Shown piece after piece: positions 1-7,977 of a stretch of DNA of 64,000 nt. Made by a program: the position numbers and the translations under genes. Numbering within the stretch: position 1 is the first letter of the stretch; every line of letters starts with the position of its first letter. Below the pieces are notes generated by a model. It saw only the letters and a program-made list of their open reading frames with translations. It was not told the origin of the DNA and did not search any database. This DNA is from an uncultured Alphaproteobacteria bacterium. GTDB lineage: Bacteria > Pseudomonadota > Alphaproteobacteria > RF32 > CAG-239. The DNA lies in the NCBI GenBank assembly GCA_934248075.1, contig CAKQKH010000003.1, positions 46,710-110,709 on the forward strand. Reading direction: 5' to 3'.

Positions 1-1639
<1,639 letters not shown>

Positions 1640-1681
1640 TTTTTACACTCCAATACATTATAAAATAACTTTCTACCACTT

Positions 1682-1710
1682 ACTTAGGTACTGGCTTTGT
1701 TGATGTCAAG
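1682..1710 (-). promoter_or_regulatory. Possible RpoH (sigma-32)-type heat-shock promoter of groES-groEL
   Basis: The minus-strand sense reads CTTGACATCAACAAAGCCAGTACCTAAGT. This is CTTG followed about 18 nt later by CCTAAGT, resembling the alphaproteobacterial sigma-32 pattern CTTG-N17/18-CYTATNT, about 45 nt upstream of the groES ATG. No CIRCE inverted repeat was seen. Confidence 0.3.
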
Positions 1711-1726
1711 CGTGCTTGCAACTTTT

Positions 1727-1757
1727 TATAAAAAAAGTGCCGGAACACAGCCGGCAC
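1727..1757 (-). terminator. Rho-independent terminator after the ion-channel gene
   Basis: Stem GTGCCGG/CCGGCAC (1737-1743 / 1751-1757) is followed in the minus sense by a T-run (plus-strand A-run 1727-1736), about 20 nt past the stop at 1778. Confidence 0.6.
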
Positions 1758-1777
1758 CTAGTTTGCAAACAATCAGT

Positions 1778-2530
1778 TTATTTTTTAATTTCCATAATTT
1801 GCTTGATGGCGCTGACCACAAAACTTACCATAATCAAGCCGCCAAAAACTATCAAACTCAAGAAGTATAACCACGCATGCGGGAAAACCTCCATAACCGG
1901 ACGAGCGATAGTAGATGCCCAACCGTCAAGCGTAACAACCTGAAATAGCGTAAACATAGACGAGCCAAGCGTTGAAAACGTAACAAAAACATCGCCAAAC
2001 AAGCTTACGGCTATAATTGCAAAGACATAAGAAAAAATAGTTGATACCGCTATAAACGACACAAATGTCGGCAACAGCTCAATAAAGACCTCAACCAGAT
2101 TGTGCATCTTTGAAAAATGATGCACATACTTAAACAGTCTAAACAACCGGAAAGTACGCAGAATGATAAAAGCGCTGGCTGACGGGATTGAAGACAGCAG
2201 TACAATCACTAAATCAAATATATTCCAGCCGGAAGCAAAAAATTTCTTACGCAAGGCATAGATTTTGAGAAACATTTCCACAATAAATATGCCCATAAAC
2301 AATCTATCCAGCAAAAACAATATGTTGCTAAAATAGAAATTCATACTTTCAGAGGTCATCAGACCCAAGACCACCGCGTCAAGCAAAATCACCGTCATGA
2401 TAAACATATCAAAGCTAAACCCAGTCACCAGTTTAGTTAAGCGACGCTGGTCATCATGATAATAGAGCTTATCGACGATTTTCTTTTTTACTACTGATTT
2501 AGATTTTTTAGCAAAAAAATTAAGATTCAT
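1778..2530 (-). CDS. Single-domain voltage-gated cation channel (BacNaV / NaChBac family)
   Basis: 250 aa with a six-TM layout. The S4-like segment is ILRTFRLFRLFKYV, with a basic residue every third position. The pore segment is MFTLFQVVTLDGWASTIARP, compared with the NaChBac pore FQVVTLESWAS. Confidence 0.8.
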   Translation of the reverse strand: MNLNFFAKKSKSVVKKKIVDKLYYHDDQRRLTKLVTGFSFDMFIMTVILLDAVVLGLMTSESMNFYFSNILFLLDRLFMGIFIVEMFLKIYALRKKFFASGWNIFDLVIVLLSSIPSASAFIILRTFRLFRLFKYVHHFSKMHNLVEVFIELLPTFVSFIAVSTIFSYVFAIIAVSLFGDVFVTFSTLGSSMFTLFQVVTLDGWASTIARPVMEVFPHAWLYFLSLIVFGGLIMVSFVVSAIKQIMEIKK

Positions 2531-2568
2531 GGCTTTATTTCCTCTGGACTAAACAAACCTATTGTAAA

Positions 2569-3234
2569 CTAAAAAAACAGTAATGCAACAATTATCGCCG
2601 CAATTGACAAGGCTGGTCCCAATGCAGCCGATTTTTTGCGACAAACAAGCATATAGCCAAACATCAGGATAGAAGCCGCAGCAATAACATAGACCAAAGG
2701 CAACAATCCGATCCAAGCCCCGATTGCCGCCAAAAACTTAATATCTCCTCCGCCAAACGCGTCTTTGCTCTTGCGCAACATCAATACACTGGCCACTACC
2801 GGCAGCACATAACCAGCCGTCGCCCCCAAAGCGCTTTCAGCTCCGATAACCCAACCGGCGCCCAGAGTTGAAAAAGCAAAACCGCCGATTAGCAAGGGAA
2901 TAGTTAAAATATCCGGCAATAAAAAAGTTCGCCAGTCAATTTCGGCAAGCAACAATATTGTCCACAAATAAAAAACGCACCACCCCTGATTAGCGGTTTC
3001 AAAATGCACTACAAAAATATAAGTCAACCCACTGGTCAACAAACCGCTCATCAACGAACGCCAATAATACGATTTTTGCAAATTGCGTTTTTTGGAACCC
3101 TGAACGCTCTTTACCGGCCTAATCAACTGCCACAGCGCATAAGCCGGTGTGGCAGGCATAAACTTGGCAAATCTTCGCGCCATATAAGGAATTAGCAAAC
3201 CAAACGCAAATCCACCAAAAATATAGTACAGCAT
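2569..3234 (-). CDS. Type IV prepilin peptidase (A24 aspartyl peptidase family), short form without a methyltransferase domain
   Basis: 221-aa polytopic membrane ORF with the two Asp motifs typical of A24 peptidases: LLAEIDWRTFLLPD and FGGGDIKFLAAIGAWIG. Confidence 0.8.
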   Translation of the reverse strand: MLYYIFGGFAFGLLIPYMARRFAKFMPATPAYALWQLIRPVKSVQGSKKRNLQKSYYWRSLMSGLLTSGLTYIFVVHFETANQGWCVFYLWTILLLAEIDWRTFLLPDILTIPLLIGGFAFSTLGAGWVIGAESALGATAGYVLPVVASVLMLRKSKDAFGGGDIKFLAAIGAWIGLLPLVYVIAAASILMFGYMLVCRKKSAALGPALSIAAIIVALLFF

Positions 3235-3327
3235 ACTTGTTCTCCATTCGACCTGCCGCCATTATACTGATAAATAGATAAAATTTAATTAACCAAAGCC
3301 AAAGGTTTTTATTGTGGCAACACTTGC

Positions 3328-3496
3328 GCCATCTGCATCTGCACCATAACCATAACCACAGCCACAGCCACAGCCACAACCATAATCACGACCACAACCA
3401 TAATCACGACCACAACTATAATCACAACCATAACCATAATCACGACCATAACCATAATCACGACCATAACCATAATCACGCCGCAGCCACAACCAT
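3328..3496. repeat. Hexanucleotide (CCAYAR/TCACGA) microsatellite with 18-nt higher-order units
   Basis: About 28 consecutive hexamers, for example CCATAACCATAATCACGA x3 and CCACAACCATAATCACGA x2, plus a CCACAG x3 block. The tract has no stop codon in 4 of 6 frames, which produces the four overlapping track ORFs. Confidence 0.85.
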
Positions 3497-3574
3497 TGCT
3501 CGCAACACAAAATATCCACAATCATTATCGTTTATCGATAGGCGATAATGTTGTGCATTAAAGCAAAATTGCCA

Positions 3575-3694
3575 AGTAATAATTGCACATAAAACAACTT
3601 CAATAATCGCACACTAAACAATTTCAATAATCGTACACTAATCAACTTCAATAATCGCACATAAAACAACTTTAACAAATAATAGTTGCGCACA
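3575..3694. repeat. 24-bp tandem repeat array (about 4-5 units)
   Basis: The units are TTCAATAATCGCACACTAAACAAT, TTCAATAATCGTACACTAATCAAC and TTCAATAATCGCACATAAAACAAC, plus degenerate flanking units. The array lies between the htpG terminator and the microsatellite. Confidence 0.8.
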
Positions 3695-3713
3695 TTTTTT
3701 GCCCCCAACCCCA

Positions 3714-3743
3714 TAAAAAAGCCCGCCATTATAGGCGGGCTTT
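3714..3743 (-). terminator. Rho-independent terminator of htpG
   Basis: Stem AAAGCCCGCC/GGCGGGCTTT around 3721-3740 is followed in the minus sense by TTTTTT (plus-strand A-run 3715-3720), 15 nt after the htpG stop. Confidence 0.7.
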
Positions 3744-3757
3744 GAGGTTCCGGCAAA

Positions 3758-5596
3758 TTATATTGCCTTAAGGATATAGCTGCTCATCAGTTCATTAAAA
3801 CGTGAAGCATCGCTGACCGTCTCTCCTTCCGCAATTTTGGCCTGATCCAAAACCAACTGAGCAATTTCTTCAACTTCTGCACGCTTGGCTTCGTCGGCCG
3901 TCATATCCGCAAGCTTGATAATCAGCGGGTGATACGGATTCAATTCCAAAACACGAGTGCTTGCAAAAGCAGTCTGTTGCTGGTGATTACGCATCAACCG
4001 TTCCAAATGCAGGCTCATCTGACCGTTTTCAACTGTCAAACTAGCCGGAGACTTCGTCAATTTTTCAGTAACAGCCACTTTGCCTACCTCAGCCTTAAAC
4101 ATTTCAGCCATCAGATCTGTCAGCTTTTTAAGACTTCCTTCATCAGCCTTTGTTTCATCACGTTTCCACCCCAAATCCGTTTCTGCTTGAGAGATGTGCT
4201 TAATCGCAAAGCCCTTATAGTTTGGCAAAACTTGCGGCCAAAACTCATCAATCGGATCTGTCAGCAACAGAACTTCTATATTTTTTTCCTTAAAGGCCTC
4301 AAGTTGCGGATTATTAGATAATATTTTTTCATCATCACCGGTAATATAATATATCGCCTTTTGTCCCTCGGCAACACGAGTGATATACTCGTCCAAAGTG
4401 GTCAGTTTGTCATCGCCTTTGGTGGAGGCAAAATAAGCCAATCCGGCAATTTCCTCGCGATTACCAAAGTCCTCATATATGCCTTCTTTCAGCGCTATAC
4501 CAAAGCTCTTCCAGAACTTCATATAATCGTCATAATCCTTGGTCCGCTTTTTTAGCTCCTTAAGGATTCGCGAAACCACACCATGTTTAATCTTTTCAAT
4601 TAGCGGCGAATGTTGCAACATTTCACGAGAAATATTAAGTTGCAAATCCGCAGAATCAACGACTCCTTTAACAAAACGCAGATAATTAGGCATCAATTCT
4701 TCAATTTTATCAGAGATAAAGACCTTGTTGACATACAGCTTTAAGCTGTTCTTATGGTCGGGCTGAAACAAATCATATGGAGCTTGCGACGGAATAAACA
4801 ACAAACCGGTATATTCAATGTTTCCCTCGGCCTTAAAATGCAATGTCAGCCATGGATCATCAAAGTTGTGAGAAATATGATGATAAAATTCTTTATACTG
4901 ATCAGCAGTAATTTCCGCTTTAGGCCGAGCCCATAGCGCCGAACCGGTATTTACGGTTTCTTCTCCGGCTTTGCCCAAATTCAACACAATTGAATAACCA
5001 ATATGGTCAGAATAAGTGCGAATGATTTGCCGCAAATATATCGTATCAACATAGTCTTTGGCATCGGCTTTCAAAAATAGCTTGATATCCGTGCCATTGC
5101 AATCTCGTTTGGCCTCTGTAATTTCAAATCCGTCAATACCGTTTGAAATCCATTTCCAAGCCTGATCCTCGCCGGCCTTACGAGTAATAATTTCGACCTT
5201 GTCGGCAACCATAAACGCAGCATAAAAACCAACACCGAACTGACCGATAAGTTCCACTGCCGAACCATTTTCAGAAGCATTTTTTACAAAATCGGCTGTT
5301 CCTGATTTAGCAATAGTTCCCAAATGATTAATCAAATCTTCCTTATTCATGCCTATTCCGTTGTCGGATATAGTCAAAGTATCAGCCTTCTCATCTGGTG
5401 TAATTTTAATCTTCATTTGTCCGGATTCTTTGGCTATTCCAGGGGTTGTCAAAGCCAGATATTTCAGCTTATCACAAGCATCGGAAGCGTTAGAAATCAG
5501 CTCCCGCAAAAAAATTTGTTTTTCCGAATACAACGAATTAACCACAATGTTGAGCATTTTGCTCACATCGGCCTGAAATGACATTTTGTCAGACAT
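3758..5596 (-). CDS. htpG: Molecular chaperone HtpG (Hsp90)
   Basis: 612 aa. The N-terminus has the Hsp90 ATPase motifs FQADVSKMLNIVVNSLYSEKQIFLRELISNASDACDKL and IGQFGVGFYAAFMVADKV. Confidence 0.95.
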   Translation of the reverse strand: MSDKMSFQADVSKMLNIVVNSLYSEKQIFLRELISNASDACDKLKYLALTTPGIAKESGQMKIKITPDEKADTLTISDNGIGMNKEDLINHLGTIAKSGTADFVKNASENGSAVELIGQFGVGFYAAFMVADKVEIITRKAGEDQAWKWISNGIDGFEITEAKRDCNGTDIKLFLKADAKDYVDTIYLRQIIRTYSDHIGYSIVLNLGKAGEETVNTGSALWARPKAEITADQYKEFYHHISHNFDDPWLTLHFKAEGNIEYTGLLFIPSQAPYDLFQPDHKNSLKLYVNKVFISDKIEELMPNYLRFVKGVVDSADLQLNISREMLQHSPLIEKIKHGVVSRILKELKKRTKDYDDYMKFWKSFGIALKEGIYEDFGNREEIAGLAYFASTKGDDKLTTLDEYITRVAEGQKAIYYITGDDEKILSNNPQLEAFKEKNIEVLLLTDPIDEFWPQVLPNYKGFAIKHISQAETDLGWKRDETKADEGSLKKLTDLMAEMFKAEVGKVAVTEKLTKSPASLTVENGQMSLHLERLMRNHQQQTAFASTRVLELNPYHPLIIKLADMTADEAKRAEVEEIAQLVLDQAKIAEGETVSDASRFNELMSSYILKAI

Positions 5597-5732
5597 CGCA
5601 AATCTCCCATTTTACTAATCTAAAGCCTATGTAGGGACTATTTTGAACTTTTGCAAGATTATGCTTGATTTATTTGAAAATTTGGCTAAAGTCGGAAATG
5701 AATTTTAATCTAAACAACTTGGAGTTAAACTT

Positions 5733-5972
5733 ATGGTATCTGTTGTTAATGACTCTTGCGTAAAATGCAAATCTTGCGCTGACGTATGCCCTGTGGACGC
5801 TTTTCATGAAGGCGACACTCAACTGGTAGTTGATCCCGACACCTGCATTGATTGCGGCGTTTGCATTTCCGAATGCCCGCAAGAAGCCATTTGCCCTGAC
5901 AGCGAAGCTGATGAAAAATGGATTCAGTTCAATGCTGAGAACGCTAAAATTTGGCCAAACGCCAACGAATAG
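5733..5972 (+). CDS. 2x[4Fe-4S]-type ferredoxin
   Basis: 79 aa with two CxxCxxCxxxCP motifs: [12 protein letters not shown] and [12 protein letters not shown]. Confidence 0.9.
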   Translation: MVSVVNDSCVKCKSCADVCPVDAFHEGDTQLVVDPDTCIDCGVCISECPQEAICPDSEADEKWIQFNAENAKIWPNANE

Positions 5973-5998
5973 TTTTCCACTATTTGCAGAATTTAAGA

Positions 5999-6027
5999 GC
6001 CGCGGCATTGTCTGCGGCTTTTTTTTG
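5999..6027 (+). terminator. Rho-independent terminator of the ferredoxin gene
   Basis: Stem GCCGCGG / CTGCGGC (one G-U pair) is followed by T9 at 6019-6027. Confidence 0.65.
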
Positions 6028-6082
6028 ATTGCATAAAGACTATTTATCAGTTAGATTCGGGAAAATATACATAAGCAAGCTG

Positions 6083-6262
6083 GCGCAATGTACAAAAAAT
6101 AACACATAAGGAGGTCGGCTTGCGACATGACGACTATTTAGGTACGGCTGTTTTTCTTTCATAAATAGCCGTGCTGGAAGCAAGACGGCCGACGCAGTGT
6201 ACAAAAAATAGTTCATAAGGAGGTCGGCTTGCGACATGACGACTATTTAGGAAAGAAAAAAA
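6083..6262 (+). repeat. Structured intergenic repeat, family A, copy 1 (forms the complete 5' leader of the PfkB kinase gene)
   Basis: It is nearly identical to 7827-7977. It contains two direct copies of AAGGAGGTCGGCTTGCGACATGACGACTATTTAGG (6108-6142 and 6217-6251) flanking an internal hairpin (ACGGCTGTTT/AAATAGCCGT) and the complementary segment GCAAGACGGCCGAC (6180-6193). The element ends at the start codon. Confidence 0.8.
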
Positions 6263-6265
6263 ACT

Positions 6266-7279
6266 ATGAAAACAGAAACATATTATGATATTGTTGGTAT
6301 TGGCAATGCCATTGTTGATGTTTTGGCAAAGGTCGGAGATGGTTTTCTCAAAGAACGCGAATTGCCTAAGGGCTGTATGACCCTTATGGACGCCCAGACT
6401 GCCGGCAAAATTTATGCAGATATTGTTCCAGAACGCGAGGTTCCGGGGGGGTCTGCGGCTAACACCGTGGCAGGAATAGCATCTTTAGGCGGCACTCCGG
6501 CTTTTATCGGCAAAATTCATGATGATGAGCTGGGGCAAGAATTCACTCGCGACATTGGCGCTGCCGGAGTAGATTTTTTCACGATTCCGTTGGAGGAAGG
6601 CCCGGTTACCGGACGCAGTGTTGTATTGGTAACCCCTGATGCCGAACGCTCGATGTTTACGTATTTGGGCGCTGCCACTCATTTAACTGAAGAAGATATT
6701 GACGAAGAAATAATTAGAGCCGGAAAAATAACGTATATTGAGGGTTATCTGTGGGATACTGAATGCTGCCAGGGCGCACTGACCAAAGCTTGTCAAATTG
6801 CGCATAAACATGGCCGCAAAATAGCCTTTACCCTATCTGACACCACCTGCATTTGCCGTAATCGCGAAGCTATTTTCGACTTTATTAAAGAATATGTTGA
6901 CATTTTATTCGCTAACGAAGAAGAAATCAAAGCGCTTTTTGCTGAAATTGATTTTTATAAAAGTCTTGACTTGATAAAACCATACGTTGAAATTGCCGCT
7001 ATCACTCGCGGACAAAAGGGATCTGTAGTTGTAAAAGGCCGCACAAAAACCTTTGTTGAAGCAGAAATTGTTGAAGACGTGGTAGATACCACCGGCGCTG
7101 GAGACTTATATGCCGCCGGTTTTCTTTATGGCTTAACCCAAGAGCGCAGCCTTGGCACCTGTGCAATGATCGGCTCCATCGCCGCGGCTGAAATCATCAC
7201 TCACTATGGCGCCAGACCGGAAGTCTCGCTCCGCGGATTAGTGCGCAATAAATTGCTTTCTTATGGTATAAAAGCCTAA
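6266..7279 (+). CDS. PfkB-family carbohydrate/nucleoside kinase (adenosine-kinase-like)
   Basis: 337 aa. The N-terminus is YDIVGIGNAIVDVL...GGSAANTVAGIASLGG, and the C-terminus carries the PfkB signature DTTGAGDLYAAGFLYG. Confidence 0.85.
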   Translation: MKTETYYDIVGIGNAIVDVLAKVGDGFLKERELPKGCMTLMDAQTAGKIYADIVPEREVPGGSAANTVAGIASLGGTPAFIGKIHDDELGQEFTRDIGAAGVDFFTIPLEEGPVTGRSVVLVTPDAERSMFTYLGAATHLTEEDIDEEIIRAGKITYIEGYLWDTECCQGALTKACQIAHKHGRKIAFTLSDTTCICRNREAIFDFIKEYVDILFANEEEIKALFAEIDFYKSLDLIKPYVEIAAITRGQKGSVVVKGRTKTFVEAEIVEDVVDTTGAGDLYAAGFLYGLTQERSLGTCAMIGSIAAAEIITHYGARPEVSLRGLVRNKLLSYGIKA

Positions 7280-7292
7280 AAATACAATCCAC

Positions 7293-7324
7293 AAAAAAAG
7301 GCATCTTGAAGATGCCTTTTTTTC
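7293..7324. terminator. Bidirectional hairpin terminator between convergent genes
   Basis: Stem AAAGGCATC / GATGCCTTT with loop TTGAA is flanked by an A-run on the left and a T-run on the right. It sits between the stops at 7279 (+) and 7323 (-). Confidence 0.7.
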
Positions 7325-7610
7325 AAAATCTACGATTCCCGCGGCGGCGAAAGACATCGGCAATAGCGTAAACTATCTTCGCCATAAGCCAGCCGCCAAA
7401 TATGGGGTAGAATGCCCACCACCACGAAAAGTGTGCCCAAAGGATCACTCCGGCAGTAGCTAATAAACTCCACCCGATTGACAGATAGAGTATTTTTCTT
7501 TTTATCTGCCACAATCTTTCTGACCGTTTCCAGTCCAACTTACGATATGTATATATCGTTAATAAAAACAGTCCGAAAATATAGACCGTGACAATTATTA
7601 TTGTTGCCAT
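7323..7610 (-). CDS. Small hypothetical membrane protein (about 3 TM)
   Basis: 95-aa ORF with Trp-rich hydrophobic segments and a basic C-terminus (RRRGNRRF). There is no clear SD and no recognisable family. Confidence 0.45.
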   Translation of the reverse strand: MATIIIVTVYIFGLFLLTIYTYRKLDWKRSERLWQIKRKILYLSIGWSLLATAGVILWAHFSWWWAFYPIFGGWLMAKIVYAIADVFRRRGNRRF

Positions 7611-7826
7611 AATTTTATATTTAATAATTTCTAACTTGTTGTTTTGCCGCTAGAGTATGCTATTTTTATTCAAAAGTAAATCTTTTTTTGTCCAAAGCAT
7701 AAAAAACTTCATTAAATTATTGAAATTTAATTTCAAAAGTGTATTGTAAGGCCAACTTTGAAATAATGAAAATTATTTTGCCGGCAAGCTATAAACTGTT
7801 TGCCGGAGCAGGTTTGCCTTCCGCGC

Positions 7827-7977
7827 GGAGTCGGCTTGCGACATGGTGACTATTTAGGTGCGGCTGTTTTTCTTTCATAAATAGCCGTGCTGGAAGCAAG
7901 ACGGCCGACGCAGTGTACAAATAGAGGTACATAAGGAGGTCGGCTTGCGACATGACGACTATTTAGGAAAGAAAAAA
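7827..7977 (+). repeat. Structured intergenic repeat, family A, copy 2 (forms the 5' leader of typA)
   Basis: It has the same architecture as 6083-6262 and only a few substitutions. It ends at the typA ATG with the shared TATTTAGGAAAGAAAAAA. Confidence 0.8.

Noticed and set aside
3119-3756. Track ORFs 3119-3379 (MWLWLWLW...), 3309-3521 (VIMVMVV...) and 3532-3756 (LLKLFYVRLLKL...)
   Set aside because: Each is produced by translating the microsatellite or the 24-bp array in an alternative frame. They have no start context and extreme low complexity. The two less implausible frames are discussed as a finding rather than called as genes.
6040-6237. Minus-strand ORFs 6040-6237 and 7850-8035, which share LNSRHVASRPPYV and look like a small paralogous gene family
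   Set aside because: The shared peptide is simply the family-A repeat read on the opposite strand. The ORFs have different ends, have no RBS, and overlap the typA start.
7945-7977. N-terminal extensions in the ORF track: typA from TTG 7945, rplM from 26094, the Bax-like gene from 13359, cysK from TTG 39635, ampG from TTG 44056, tetR from 56101, the secreted orphan from 56094, and the 9909 gene from GTG 10349
   Set aside because: In each case an internal ATG with a better SD, and an N-terminus matching the family (or a signal peptide), gives a more credible start. The extensions overlap upstream genes or repeats.
6083-7977. Composite transposon or genomic islet bounded by the two direct family-A copies (enclosing the PfkB kinase and a small membrane gene)
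   Set aside because: There is no transposase, integrase or target-site duplication. The copies are directly oriented and each abuts a start codon, which fits a leader or dispersed-repeat interpretation better. Recombination between them remains possible but is not evidence of mobility.
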